A DNA stretch of 64,000 nucleotides from an uncultured delta proteobacterium (GTDB taxonomy: Bacteria; Desulfobacterota; Zymogenia; Zymogenales; Zymogenaceae), in NCBI GenBank assembly GCA_963735595.1, contig CAVTLK010000001.1:128001-192000 (forward strand), given 5' to 3'. Shown here in pieces: positions 40,377 to 50,962 of this stretch; position 1 is the stretch's first letter, and every line of letters starts with the position of its first letter. The position numbers and the translations under genes were made by a program. Below the pieces are notes generated by a model. The model made no database searches, was not told the origin of the DNA, and was given only the letters and a program-made list of their open reading frames with translations.

Positions 40377-43300
40377 TTAAAGCGTAACATACGGGGACAA
40401 CCTTTGCAATACATTTTTCAGGTCGTCCAGGAGCCGCTCGCCGGACGTATGTTCGGGGCGAAATCGAAACGTCCCATCAGGAGAAAGCGCAAAGGCATCG
40501 GGCCTTTCCTTTACCAGCGCGACAATACCTTCCGTATCAAAACGGGCCTTATCGAAGAACGTCATGGTGATAGTTGCCTTTCTATATTTGATACCCGTAA
40601 CCCAGCAATCGCGGGCGGCGAGCCTGAGCTCGACGAGGCTGATAAGGCTTCTTATTTCTTCAGGCGGCGGACCGAATCTGTCGGTGATCTCTGCTGCAAT
40701 TTCCATTAGATGCGTCGTATTCCGAATGCCGATAAGCCGCCGATAGAGGCCCAGGCGGATATCCGAATCGTCTATGTAGCCGGAGGGGATATAACCCGCC
40801 ACCGGGATCTGGATCTCCGTTTCGATTTCTACGGGCGTATCCCCGCCCTTTATTTGAACGAGCGCCTGCTCTACCATTTCCTTATACAGCTCATAGCCTA
40901 CGGCATTGATGTGTCCCGATTGATCGGCGCCCAGCAGATTTCCTGCGCCACGAATCTCGAGGTCGTACTCGGCAACTCGGATACCGGAACCGAGGTGAGA
41001 AAACTCGTTGATAACCGAGAGGCGCTTGCGGGCGTCGGGGGTCAGTGCCAACGAGCTTGGGATGAGGAAGTAAGCGTACGCCCTTACCGATGAGCGGCCG
41101 ACGCGGCCCCGGATCTGGTAAAGCTGAGCGAGGCCGAAGGTATCTGCCCGATTGACGACGATGGTGTTGGCCGACGGGATATCCAGCCCCGATTCAATGA
41201 TTGCAGTTGAAAGGAGGACATCGATGCGTTTGTCCACAAAGCCGAGCATAACCCGCTCAAGCTCGTGCTCTTCCATCTGGCCGTGGGCCGTGCCGATCCT
41301 GACCTCGGGCACGAGTCGTTCGAGGTATTTCTGCATGGCGGCCATGCTCCTAATCCGGTTATGCACAAAGAACACCTGCCCACCCCGAGAGATCTCCCGC
41401 GTGATTGCCTCCTTGATCACCTCGGGATCAAACTCCGAGATATAGGTCTTGACCGAGAGGCGGTTGGGCGGCGGGGTGTTGATAATCGAGATATCACGTA
41501 TTCCCATGATCGACATTGAGAGAGTCCTTGGGATCGGCGTTGCCGTCATGGTCAGGACGTCGACCTGTGTCTTAAGTCTCTTGATCTTTTCCTTGTGGGA
41601 TACCCCGAAGCGGTGTTCTTCGTCCACAATAAGGAGCCCAAGATTGGGAAGAGATATATCTTTGCTGATCAGCCGATGGGTGCCGATTACGATGTCCACC
41701 GTGCCCCGGGCGAGTTCGTCGATAACTTCCTTTTGCTCTTTTTTGGAGAGAAATCGGGAGAGCATCCGTACCTGTACCGGGAAGTCGGCGAACCGCTCCC
41801 TGAAGGTGTTAAAGTGCTGTTCCGCAAGGATTGTCGTGGGTACGATGAGGGCAACTTGTTTGTGGTCCATGACGGCAAGATACGAAGCCCGCATTGCCAC
41901 CTCGGTCTTTCCGTAACCGACGTCTCCGGCGATAAGCCGATCCATCGGGGTTGGGCGTGTCATGTCGGCAATGATATCCCGGACGGCCGAAAGCTGGTCG
42001 GGCGTCTCCTCAAACGCAAAGAGGGCTTCAAATTCGGAGAAGTCGGGCCCCGGCTTCGGGAACGCATATCCCGGCAGGGCCTTACGGGAAGCATACAGGG
42101 CGGCAAGCTCATGGGCCATCGCCAAGATGTGGGCCTTCACCTTTTTCTTCGACCGCTCCCAGGCCGCACTGCCGAGCTTATCCAGGGCCGGCGCCTGTCC
42201 GTCCGAACCCCGATACCGATGGATCAGCGATATCTTATCAACGGGAACGTACAGCCTGTCGTTTCCGTCATATTCGAGATGCACGAAATCTCCGGAGACA
42301 CCCATCACTTTCAGGTTGACCAAACCGATAAATTTTCCGATCCCGAAACGAGAGTGAGCCACGAAATCACCGGGGGCAAGCATACCTACGGCGTTGATCG
42401 CCTCTCCGGCATCCTGCCTTTTGAAGCGTTTGACCTTGGCCTTGGTTCCGAAAATCTCCTCTTCGGTGATTACCGAGAGTCCCCCCGCGGGGTCCTCAAA
42501 TCCCTCGCGCAGAGTGCCAATGAGGATGCCGGCCCGGTGACCCTCCGAGAGCCATGGCCAAAAGGAGAGGTCGGTCGGCTCGAGGTCAACGCCGTGCGAA
42601 GACAGCAGGACCTTCATACGGTCCGCCTGCGACGGAGTAAGGCATACGAGGGCGACGGCGCCCCCTTGTTCCCGGACTTCGGTGATCTTTTTTACCAGGG
42701 GGGTGAGGATGGTTTCTCCTCGCCGATCTCTGCTGATGGTCGCCCGAAGCTCCTTATGGCTGGAGGTCAGGGCGGTAAGGATCGTGTCCGAAGGGGCCGT
42801 TTGAAGAGGATTGATCCCGATTGCCCTGTTTGCCGATAATAACGAGCGGGTCTCGCTCACGTCCAGAAACGCCGATTCGACCGGTGCAACCGGCTCCTTT
42901 CTCTCTACCGCCCTCCGGTATAGATCCATGGCCGATGCCATAAAGTGGTCGGCTTCCTCCCAGACCGATTCCGGCTCATCGATATACATGGGGACGCCGG
43001 CCGGCAGGTAATCGAAGATCGTCTCAAGCTCACCGTATAACGAAACCGCCGACCAGCCAATCCCCGGCGGCGTACGATAACCTTCGAGATCACCGATTGC
43101 TTCCCGGATCCGATTGACGGGCGTCCGCAGCTGAGCGCCCCGTCGGCGTATCCAGCGCAGACCGTATTTGAGAGTGGCCTCGGTGAGAATCACCTCGGAA
43201 ACAGGAATGATCTCGGCCTTTTGAATCTGCTCAATAGATCGTTGTGTCAGCGGATCGAATGTCCTCATGGACAGTATCGTATCCCCAAAAAACTCAACCC

Positions 43301-43874
43301 TGATGGGGTTTGTCACGTTCGGAGTGAAGAGATCAAGGATGCCCCCCCGGGTCGAGAAATAGCCCGGGTTTACCACAAGCCCCGTTTGGGCATAGCCCGA
43401 TTGGAGCAGGAATGTGATAACAGACTCCGGGGTCTGTTCTCTTGGCGTCTCAAGGCTGAGCCGGGTCGGAACAAGGGTTGCCCTGGGTATAACGCGCGCC
43501 ATGAGGGCCGTAATCGGCACGACCAGGACGAATGGTCCGGAGTTCTCGGCTAATGAAAGAAGGGCCCTTATCCGGCTGATGGAGACATCCGTTTGAGGAA
43601 TGAGCCGTTCGTAGGGCGCGAAACCCCACGCGGGTAAGGGGAGTACCGTATGGCCTGCGGGCGAGTCCTGAATATAAAACTCGATATCCTGCGCGGCCTG
43701 CTCGAGTTTATTTTCGGTGGTTACCAGAACGATCGATGCCGACGACCTGACGGCCGAGGCGGCCATAAGATACGACGCCGATGAGCCGGAAAGCCCCGTG
43801 ATCTTCAGACCGTTTCCGGATGAGACGATGGAGCGGATAATCTCGTTGAGGCTTATTCTTCTATCTTCTTCCAT
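40377..43874 (-). CDS. mfd: Transcription-repair coupling factor
   Basis: RGGILD, ETPDQ, GDVGYGKTEVA, DEEHRFG, TATPIPRTL, QIRGRVGRS, DLEIRGAGN. Confidence 0.96.
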   Translation of the reverse strand: MEEDRRISLNEIIRSIVSSGNGLKITGLSGSSASYLMAASAVRSSASIVLVTTENKLEQAAQDIEFYIQDSPAGHTVLPLPAWGFAPYERLIPQTDVSISRIRALLSLAENSGPFVLVVPITALMARVIPRATLVPTRLSLETPREQTPESVITFLLQSGYAQTGLVVNPGYFSTRGGILDLFTPNVTNPIRVEFFGDTILSMRTFDPLTQRSIEQIQKAEIIPVSEVILTEATLKYGLRWIRRRGAQLRTPVNRIREAIGDLEGYRTPPGIGWSAVSLYGELETIFDYLPAGVPMYIDEPESVWEEADHFMASAMDLYRRAVERKEPVAPVESAFLDVSETRSLLSANRAIGINPLQTAPSDTILTALTSSHKELRATISRDRRGETILTPLVKKITEVREQGGAVALVCLTPSQADRMKVLLSSHGVDLEPTDLSFWPWLSEGHRAGILIGTLREGFEDPAGGLSVITEEEIFGTKAKVKRFKRQDAGEAINAVGMLAPGDFVAHSRFGIGKFIGLVNLKVMGVSGDFVHLEYDGNDRLYVPVDKISLIHRYRGSDGQAPALDKLGSAAWERSKKKVKAHILAMAHELAALYASRKALPGYAFPKPGPDFSEFEALFAFEETPDQLSAVRDIIADMTRPTPMDRLIAGDVGYGKTEVAMRASYLAVMDHKQVALIVPTTILAEQHFNTFRERFADFPVQVRMLSRFLSKKEQKEVIDELARGTVDIVIGTHRLISKDISLPNLGLLIVDEEHRFGVSHKEKIKRLKTQVDVLTMTATPIPRTLSMSIMGIRDISIINTPPPNRLSVKTYISEFDPEVIKEAITREISRGGQVFFVHNRIRSMAAMQKYLERLVPEVRIGTAHGQMEEHELERVMLGFVDKRIDVLLSTAIIESGLDIPSANTIVVNRADTFGLAQLYQIRGRVGRSSVRAYAYFLIPSSLALTPDARKRLSVINEFSHLGSGIRVAEYDLEIRGAGNLLGADQSGHINAVGYELYKEMVEQALVQIKGGDTPVEIETEIQIPVAGYIPSGYIDDSDIRLGLYRRLIGIRNTTHLMEIAAEITDRFGPPPEEIRSLISLVELRLAARDCWVTGIKYRKATITMTFFDKARFDTEGIVALVKERPDAFALSPDGTFRFRPEHTSGERLLDDLKNVLQRLSPYVTL

Positions 43875-43912
43875 AGGAGTGGTCTACGAAGGGAAGGGGC
43901 TTTCTATCGTGG

Positions 43913-44950
43913 TTAAGGGAAGACGGGTAGTGACATAATGCCGGAGGTCTCCTCCATGTTCAACAGGAGGTTCATGTTTTGAACTGCCTGACCGGCCGCC
44001 CCCTTGACGAGATTGTCTATGGCGGTAATGACGATTATTCTTCCCGTGTCTGGTTTCATGTAAATCCCGATATCGACGAAATTGGAGCCCCGCACCCACG
44101 CGGTGTCGGGAAATACGCCGTCAGGCAATAAACGAATAAACGGCTCGGTGCGGTAATAGTCGGAAAACATCGCGCGGATTTCGTGGGCGTCGGTAGTGCG
44201 GGAGGCCGTCGTATAGATGCTGGAGAGAATTCCCCGATTCATCGGGATCAGGTGAGGGGTAAACGTGATGTCTACCCGTGTTTGGGCAATGTCCGATAAT
44301 TTCTCCTGGATCTCCGGGGCGTGGCGATGATTACCTACCTTGTAGGCATGCAGTCCCTCGCTGATCTCGGTGTAGAGGGTGGAAAGCGAGAGGCCCCGGC
44401 CGGCCCCCGAGACTCCCGACTTAGCGTCGATGATAACGGCGGCCGGGTCAATGACCGATTCCTTGAGAAGAGGATAGAGACCGAGGATCGCCCCGGTGGG
44501 ATAACATCCTGGATTGCCCACGATAGTGCTTGTGCGGATTGCCTCTCGGTATACCTCGGGCAGGCCATAGGCCGATTCCGACAGTAGCTGCGGGTGCGTG
44601 TGCGGGGAGTAGTGCGCTGCATAGAGGCCGGGATCGGCAAAACGAAAATCCGCCGATAGATCGACAATGGGAATACCGAAGGCCGCGAGTTCCCCTACGG
44701 CCGCCATTGACGCCTGGTGGGGTAGGGCCGTGAACACGGCGTCTACCCTTTTCCCGATAGCCTGATAGTCGGGATGCTCAAAGACAAGATCGGCGTATCC
44801 CCTGAGGTGGGGAAAAACCTCGGCCAGGTGTTTACCCTGATGCTCTCGTGAGGTAATAACGGAAACGGTTATGCCGGGATGGACGGCAAGGATCCGGAGT
44901 AACTCGCCGCCCGTATAACCGCTGGCCCCTATGATCGCTATCTTTTTCAT
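43913..44950 (-). CDS. argC: N-acetyl-gamma-glutamyl-phosphate reductase
   Basis: GASGYTG, DLSADFR, NPGCY, KSGVSGAG, DNLVKGAAGQAVQNMN. Confidence 0.96.
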   Translation of the reverse strand: MKKIAIIGASGYTGGELLRILAVHPGITVSVITSREHQGKHLAEVFPHLRGYADLVFEHPDYQAIGKRVDAVFTALPHQASMAAVGELAAFGIPIVDLSADFRFADPGLYAAHYSPHTHPQLLSESAYGLPEVYREAIRTSTIVGNPGCYPTGAILGLYPLLKESVIDPAAVIIDAKSGVSGAGRGLSLSTLYTEISEGLHAYKVGNHRHAPEIQEKLSDIAQTRVDITFTPHLIPMNRGILSSIYTTASRTTDAHEIRAMFSDYYRTEPFIRLLPDGVFPDTAWVRGSNFVDIGIYMKPDTGRIIVITAIDNLVKGAAGQAVQNMNLLLNMEETSGIMSLPVFP

Positions 44951-45084
44951 AGAATGTGCGCTGACGGGACCGGTTGGCGTTTATCCGGTCATCGGTATCG
45001 TGATTCAGACGAGATCACCGGAGTTGTCGGGGATCCGTGGAATTGAGCATGGACATGTAAGGATTTTGGTTTCAGACGTATAGA

Positions 45085-45124
45085 AATAAACAGGCCGTCT
45101 TTCCCGCGCCGGTGAAAGACGGCC
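45085..45124 (-). terminator. Intrinsic terminator after rpsI
   Basis: GGCCGTCTTTC/GAAAGACGGCC stem followed by U-rich tail on the minus strand. Confidence 0.6.
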
Positions 45125-45194
45125 GTTAATCAGTCCGTAACTGTGAGCCGCCATTATAGCCGGATAAACCCGGCCGCGGGCCATTAATTGCCGA

Positions 45195-45593
45195 TTACCG
45201 CTTGGAGAACTGGAATCGAGCCCGGGCCCCGCGCTGTCCGTACTTCTTGCGCTCCTTAATACGCGAGTCCCTCGTAATAAATCCCGCCCGTTTGAGGACC
45301 TGACGGCATTCCGGATCGTATATGAGGAGCGCCTTGCTGATGCCGTGCTTAACGGCTCCGGCCTGTCCGGTGATACCGCCCCCGGCGACATTGACGAAGA
45401 TGTCGAACTTATCAAGCGTCTTGGTCAACTCGAGGGGTTGAAGAATGACCATCTTAGCGGTCTCTCGCGAGAAATAGTCACCGGCGTCTTTATCATTTAC
45501 GGTGATCTTGCCGGCGCCCGGTCTCATAAAGACGCGGGCAACGGATGTTTTTCTCTTTCCTGTCGCGTAATAAGTTGTTTGTTCGTCTGCCAT
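45195..45593 (-). CDS. rpsI: 30S ribosomal protein S9
   Basis: [29 protein letters not shown]...QFSKR. Confidence 0.97.
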   Translation of the reverse strand: MADEQTTYYATGKRKTSVARVFMRPGAGKITVNDKDAGDYFSRETAKMVILQPLELTKTLDKFDIFVNVAGGGITGQAGAVKHGISKALLIYDPECRQVLKRAGFITRDSRIKERKKYGQRGARARFQFSKR

Positions 45594-45614
45594 ATATAGG
45601 ATTCCCTCTGTTGT

Positions 45615-46046
45615 TTATTGGACGTTGAGGACTTTGGGGTTTTGAGCGATATGAGGATGCTCGGGCCCGGCATATATCTTGAGTTTCTTGATGAGCTGAC
45701 GGCCGAGACTGTTTTTTGGGAGCATACCGCGCACCGCGCTGATGAGAACCCGCTCGGGTTTTTCATTGAGAAGCTTGCCCGCGGTGGTTTCCTTAAGGCC
45801 TCCCGGATAGCCGGTATGGGAGTAATACTTCTTGTCTTTGAGCTTATTGCCGGTGAGCTTTACTTTTTCGGCGTTAACGACGATAACGAAATCTCCCGTA
45901 TCCATGTGGGGGGTGAAGATCGGTTTGTGCTTACCCCTGAGAACCATGGATATTTCCGATGCAAGCCTGCCCAGCACCTTGCCGTTGGCGTCCACGATGT
46001 ACCATTTGCGATCGATATCTGATAGCTTTGCGCTGAATGTCTTCAT
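45615..46046 (-). CDS. rplM: 50S ribosomal protein L13
   Basis: [33 protein letters not shown]. Confidence 0.97.
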   Translation of the reverse strand: MKTFSAKLSDIDRKWYIVDANGKVLGRLASEISMVLRGKHKPIFTPHMDTGDFVIVVNAEKVKLTGNKLKDKKYYSHTGYPGGLKETTAGKLLNEKPERVLISAVRGMLPKNSLGRQLIKKLKIYAGPEHPHIAQNPKVLNVQ

Positions 46047-46082
46047 TGCCGTTCCCAATTGTGCGTTTTGTCAAATTTGTTA

Positions 46083-46111
46083 TTTATAAAATATTTTCAG
46101 GAGTTTGTCAA
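46083..46111 (-). promoter_or_regulatory. Sigma70 promoter of rplM-rpsI
   Basis: TTGACA-N17-TATAAA on the minus strand. Confidence 0.7.
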
Positions 46112-46145
46112 GCTTTTTATCGGCTCGCAAACTAAAAACTTATTA

Positions 46146-46194
46146 TCCCGCGATCGGCCGATTATATATGCAGGATTAAAGGCCGATCGCGGGA
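46146..46194. terminator. 14-bp inverted repeat between the nucleotidyltransferase gene and the rplM promoter
   Basis: TCCCGCGATCGGCC-N21-GGCCGATCGCGGGA. Confidence 0.5.
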
Positions 46195-46282
46195 ATTGGC
46201 CTCGTACACGTCCTCTCATCGGTAATTGATCTCGAAGGTTCTACCGGCGGGGGAGGGTATCAACGAGAAGGCTTGGTTTCGT

Positions 46283-47302
46283 CTAATTACGGTCTTGTCG
46301 TTCGGAAAGATCCTTTTGATGAGCCATCCACTCGGCAAAGTTAGCTTTGATTGTCTCGAATTCATAGTCGCTGTCGATATCCAGCGCGGCGCCGCCGTAG
46401 GTAGTCTCGACGCTCCTCATGCGCGTTCCGAGTACCAATCCAACGGTTGGTTCCACCTGTTTACGCAGGCTTACCAGGTGGCGGAGTCTGTCGGACAGGG
46501 GAGTGAGTCCAATACCGGACAACAGCATGCATAACTGAAGTACCGCGAAATAGTAGAGCGATTTCCAGCTCCCCTTTTCGGTCCTGAGCATCTCAAAGGC
46601 AAGCTTCACGATGTCTTTCCATTCGCGCTGATGACGAAACTCGTACATCTTCTCAATGTAGCCTTTGTTAGCAAGGGCAAAGAGTCTGCCGAGATGCAGG
46701 TTGTTCTGGCGAAAGAGCCCCTCACTGAAATGAAAATAGGCGTGCTTGATCCCCCGTTTCTTCTTTCTCCCTTTTTTCCGTCTCTGGGGATAATAGTAGC
46801 TGAGGGAGTCTTTCGAGGTGGTGCCGGGAAGATAATCATAATGGACGAGATCGGCCTTCCCTATCATCTCGTCAATTTCGTAAGGGGTCAACAGCGGTAT
46901 ATCGCCCGAGAGGGCCAGCGCTACCTTGTCCCAGTGGGGGGTGCCGCGGTACGAATCCGGGTTCGTAGAGGGTTTATAGCCCGGTATCGTAGAAAGGAAA
47001 CCGTACCATATATTCTCGATGAGGTTATCCCATTGTTCCAGGACAATGATCCTTTCGGATGGAATCGCGACGCCGCCGGCCGCCAGGGCCGCCTCGATCC
47101 TGTCTTTTGGGCCGACGACATAGATATCATTGACATGGCGCGAAGCGGCCAACGCCTCAACAACGTAACAGATGACGGCGCGGTTGTTTATAACAAGTAG
47201 GGATTTATTTTTCCCCTTGACCTTTCTGCTGGCTTTTCTGTCTCCTGCCAGAACTACCGCATCAAAACGGCCGTGAGCACCCTGCGTGTCTTTACGTTTC
47301 AT
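46283..47302 (-). CDS. MobA-like NTP transferase domain protein
   Basis: DAVVLAG...KNKSLL, SGDIPLL, ALDIDS. Confidence 0.7.
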   Translation of the reverse strand: MKRKDTQGAHGRFDAVVLAGDRKASRKVKGKNKSLLVINNRAVICYVVEALAASRHVNDIYVVGPKDRIEAALAAGGVAIPSERIIVLEQWDNLIENIWYGFLSTIPGYKPSTNPDSYRGTPHWDKVALALSGDIPLLTPYEIDEMIGKADLVHYDYLPGTTSKDSLSYYYPQRRKKGRKKKRGIKHAYFHFSEGLFRQNNLHLGRLFALANKGYIEKMYEFRHQREWKDIVKLAFEMLRTEKGSWKSLYYFAVLQLCMLLSGIGLTPLSDRLRHLVSLRKQVEPTVGLVLGTRMRSVETTYGGAALDIDSDYEFETIKANFAEWMAHQKDLSERQDRN

Positions 47303-47487
47303 AATTGGTCAAAACTATAACAATGTCGCTATACTAAGTCAAGGAGTATATGAGCTTTTTGTTGACATCCGTCGGTTTTGTGATAGGTTAGCTGGGTACC
47401 GGACGCATCCCGAACGGGAGGCTGGACGGGCCAAAGGCAGATACCGGACGACGGCGGTTTAATAATTGTTTTCCCTTGGGTGCAGCA

Positions 47488-48552
47488 ATGGTCCAAACGA
47501 AAATTGGGTTGATCGGCGCAGGGCTCCTGGGCCTGACGCACGGGGTATCGTTGGCGATCCTCAAAAACGCCGGGCTCTGCGATCTTGAGCTTGCCTCGGT
47601 GTTTGACCCGAACATGGCGGCGGCCGATTCATTGGTGAAAAATATCGGGTTCAAGGTGGCGGTAGCATCGGCCGATGAGATCATTGATGATGACGACATC
47701 GATACCGTCTTTATAGCGTCGCCAACACGCTCTCACCGGGAGTACGTAATCGCCGCGGCCGGGCGGGGTAAGAACATCTTTTGCGAGAAGCCGCTTGCCG
47801 TCGACGTCGGTGGTGCACGGGCGATGGGTGACGCCGTGCTCAAGGCGGGTGTGACGGCGGGGGTCGGGCTCGTGCTCCACTATTCTCCGACCTATCGGTT
47901 TATCAGGAATATGATCGCAGAAAAAGACGCGGGGCTTCCGATCATGGTGACGCTCCGCGATGACCAGTGTTTTCCCATTCGCGGCCTCCATCATTCATCG
48001 TGGCGGGCCGATCGCTCGATATCGGGTGGCGGTGCTCTCATCGAGCACAGCATCCACGACCTGGACCTCCTTTCGTGGTTTTTCGGAAAGCCGCGGATCA
48101 CTGATGCCGCCGTCGAATACCGCACGAATCATGATGGAATCGAAGACTACGCGCGGGCTACCATGAAGTTCGATAACGGGATGGAGGGCTTCCTGACCTC
48201 GGTCTGGCACGATATGGTAACCCGCGTGTCCAACCGGCGGCTCGAGATTATGTACGAGCGCCTCTTCATTGCCGCCGATCACGATATCATCGGCCCCGTC
48301 GAGTATACCGAGGGGGACGCCGGACAGCTTGTGGTTGAGCGAGAGCGTGTACTGTCGTCCTTTTTTGAGGATCTCGGCCTTTCCGACCCGTTCTTTCGAA
48401 CCCTCGATTATCAGACCTTTGGGCCGTACACCGTAGAAGATTATTTCTTTATTAAGGCCGTTCAGGAACGGACGGATTATTCCCCCGGGTTCGCGGCCGC
48501 TGTGACGGCCCATGATCTGGTAGACGAGATTTATCGGCGGGCGGGCAGGTAG
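47488..48552 (+). CDS. Gfo/Idh/MocA family oxidoreductase
   Basis: IGLIGAG, IFCEKPLA, GGGALIEHSIHDLD. Confidence 0.9.
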   Translation: MVQTKIGLIGAGLLGLTHGVSLAILKNAGLCDLELASVFDPNMAAADSLVKNIGFKVAVASADEIIDDDDIDTVFIASPTRSHREYVIAAAGRGKNIFCEKPLAVDVGGARAMGDAVLKAGVTAGVGLVLHYSPTYRFIRNMIAEKDAGLPIMVTLRDDQCFPIRGLHHSSWRADRSISGGGALIEHSIHDLDLLSWFFGKPRITDAAVEYRTNHDGIEDYARATMKFDNGMEGFLTSVWHDMVTRVSNRRLEIMYERLFIAADHDIIGPVEYTEGDAGQLVVERERVLSSFFEDLGLSDPFFRTLDYQTFGPYTVEDYFFIKAVQERTDYSPGFAAAVTAHDLVDEIYRRAGR

Positions 48553-48606
48553 ACAAGGACAGTGACCGGGCCGCCTGCCGGTACCGCCTTTACGAAGACA
48601 GGGGAC

Positions 48607-49503
48607 ATGAGCAACCATCAGATAGAAAGACCTGATATCCTCTTCAAAAGGGACGAGTTCCCCCTGCTTGTCGAGCGGCGGCTTTCCGAATACCCCCACG
48701 GCTTTGCCGAGCGAGTACGGGAGGTCCGGAATCAGGAGGCGATGGGAGTACGTATATCGACCTCGGGCGTTATCCTGCTGCTCCGGTTCTCGGAGTCTAA
48801 CGGCTACGAGATGATCCTGACGAAGCGATCCGCCCACGTGGTACAGCCGGGGGACTTGAGCTTTCCCGGGGGACACACGCACCGCCTCGATGCGTATCGG
48901 GGTTTCCTGATCGCCGCGGGCCTCTCTCCCGGTGTGAGGGGACTGGGCCTTACGAGGGGAAGAGGGTCGGGCGATAGGGACGGGTTCCGCATCGCCGCCG
49001 ACTACCTTGCGACGGCCTTAAGGGAGACGCGGGAGGAAACGGGTATCCCGCGCCGCATCATCCGGTATCTCGGTTCGCTGCCGTCCTACGGGATGGTATC
49101 GTTCAGGCGGGTTATCTATCCCGCGGTGGGGTTAGTAGTGGGACCGTTTACCGAGTGCCTGAGCTGGGAGGTGGAGCGTCTGGTCACTATCGGTCTGCCG
49201 GAGCTGTATGATCCGTCCCGCTTCGCCTGGATCAGGTTTGACGTACCGGACGACATTAAGAGCGCCTCCGGGAGATCGGACTGGAATTTCCCCTGTTTCG
49301 TGAGCGGACAGGGCGCAGAGCGTGAGATACTCTGGGGGGCGACCTTCAATATCATACTTACCTTTCTCTGGATCGTCCTGGGCTTCCCCGTTCCCACTAT
49401 CCCGAAAGGCCGGCAGGTGACTAAAGAGATACCCGGTAATTACTTCACCGGGAGTTTTCGAAAGACCCTGAAGGAGGGATTGATTCGGGAGCAAAACAAG
49501 TGA
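48607..49503 (+). CDS. Nudix hydrolase, CoA-pyrophosphatase-like
   Basis: LTKRS...QPGDLSFPGG, ALRETREETGI, LWGAT. Confidence 0.8.
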   Translation: MSNHQIERPDILFKRDEFPLLVERRLSEYPHGFAERVREVRNQEAMGVRISTSGVILLLRFSESNGYEMILTKRSAHVVQPGDLSFPGGHTHRLDAYRGFLIAAGLSPGVRGLGLTRGRGSGDRDGFRIAADYLATALRETREETGIPRRIIRYLGSLPSYGMVSFRRVIYPAVGLVVGPFTECLSWEVERLVTIGLPELYDPSRFAWIRFDVPDDIKSASGRSDWNFPCFVSGQGAEREILWGATFNIILTFLWIVLGFPVPTIPKGRQVTKEIPGNYFTGSFRKTLKEGLIREQNK

Positions 49504-49619
49504 CGCGTCAACCCCGATGGGTTGAGCCGATACGCACATGACGGACACCCCGGCGAGTTTAGGACATCAGGTTGCCGGCGAAAAAGACACGATGCTTCGC
49601 TGATAGATTGACAGTGAAT

Positions 49620-49639
49620 TATGTGATACCAGTCACATA
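49620..49639. promoter_or_regulatory. CRP/FNR-family (CRP/HcpR-like) binding site
   Basis: TATGTGA-TACCAG-TCACATA, perfect TGTGA-N6-TCACA in an AT-rich intergenic region. Confidence 0.55.
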
Positions 49640-49761
49640 TCGGGTAATCTTTACTAATATATAGTAAATTTTATTGAAATCCTGTACCGAGGTACGGCAA
49701 CTTCCTTACTGTGAACTGTGTCCTACGGGGTTTCGACCGCCACTTAGAAGCAGGGGTCACG

Positions 49762-50250
49762 ATGAGCGGATACGTAGTGCGTGCAGTCTCTCTTTTTCTT
49801 CTATCGATAGGCTTAATGATCCTGCTTGCCGCATGTAAGGGCGAGACAAAGGATACCGAGGAATTCCTGGAGTTTAGCAGCGGCGGACAGTATCACCCGT
49901 CGGGATACGGGGAGTGGCGGGTACGGCTCTGCGGGGACGGCTCGGTAATCGCTACCCATACCATCGGCGACCGGACGGAATCCACGGACGTCTTTATCCC
50001 CACGAATACCGAGACAAGAACGCTCTTCAGCCTCTTCTGCGCCATAGACATCAAGCATATGAAATCGTCCGACCGCCCGGGGGTCCCGGACGAGGTTTCA
50101 TATACGTTTACCCTCAAGGACGGATCGGGCGGCTATTCGAAATCTGTATGGATTAACGACGCCCGGGAGAACCCCGCCGTAACGGATCTCGTTGGCTACC
50201 TTGAACTGCTCGTGGAGAAATATACCGGAAAGAAACCGGTTATGAGATGA
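49762..50250 (+). CDS. Hypothetical lipoprotein
   Basis: Signal peptide with lipobox LAAC. Confidence 0.7.
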   Translation: MSGYVVRAVSLFLLSIGLMILLAACKGETKDTEEFLEFSSGGQYHPSGYGEWRVRLCGDGSVIATHTIGDRTESTDVFIPTNTETRTLFSLFCAIDIKHMKSSDRPGVPDEVSYTFTLKDGSGGYSKSVWINDARENPAVTDLVGYLELLVEKYTGKKPVMR

Positions 50251-50418
50251 GAAAAGCGGGTATTTAAAGCCTCAGGGGTAACCTGCCGATACGCATATCG
50301 TGCGACCCACTCGACGCTTGGCTTAATTCAATGGCGGCGTATTAGTTACATTCTTGGATGATCCGATCTAAACTTAAGCGCTACGGGAATGCGAGCTTTC
50401 GGCGGCAACAGTAGAGGT

Positions 50419-50961
50419 TCAGATTAGGATCGTGCTGACGTCCTCCCACCCGAAGGCCAAATCACTGACCTCGTTACCGCCAATCATTGCCTTGCGGCGA
50501 CCGACGATTTTTCCTCCCAGCCGCGGGTAGAACGTATTTGACGCGTAGCCTTCAAGCGTCCACAACATCATGGACGCGATGCCCCGTGAGAAGAGTCCGC
50601 GGGCGGCGGCCCGGACAAGCCCGCGTCCCATCCCGGACTTCCGGGCATCGGTAACGACGTACAGGTTATAGAGCTCGGCCGAAAACGCCGCGCTCAGCAC
50701 GTAACCTTCGTCCCGATACGGCCCGCAGGCCGAAAGGCCCATAATCCGGCCTGCGCCGTCCTCGCCGACGAAGGCCATTGAATGAGAGCTTCCGATAATC
50801 TCCTCGTAGCCCCGCCGCACCTCGTCTTCCGAGAGGGCGGCAAGGTAGTCGTCCGGGGCAAACCCGCGGTAGTCGCTGCGCCAGGTTGCGACGTGGATGT
50901 GGGCCATGGCCGGCGCGTCGGCAGGCCGGGCCTGCCTGATATGCGGGCCGTCGCTATTCAC
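50419..50961 (-). CDS. GNAT family N-acetyltransferase
   Basis: IRQARPADA..IHVATWR, ELYNLYV...RKSGMGRGL, FYPRLGG; GTG start just after the upstream stop. Confidence 0.85.
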   Translation of the reverse strand: MNSDGPHIRQARPADAPAMAHIHVATWRSDYRGFAPDDYLAALSEDEVRRGYEEIIGSSHSMAFVGEDGAGRIMGLSACGPYRDEGYVLSAAFSAELYNLYVVTDARKSGMGRGLVRAAARGLFSRGIASMMLWTLEGYASNTFYPRLGGKIVGRRKAMIGGNEVSDLAFGWEDVSTILI

Positions 50962-50962
50962 G

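Noticed and set aside
37521..43874. Three tandem parvulin PPIases after mfd
   Set aside because: mfd followed by PPIase/SurA genes is a familiar conserved arrangement in deltaproteobacterial genomes.
49526..50295. GCCGATACGCA direct repeat flanking the lipoprotein gene as a target-site duplication
   Set aside because: An 11-bp match within 1 kb is expected by chance somewhere in 64 kb, and there are no element ends or transposase.
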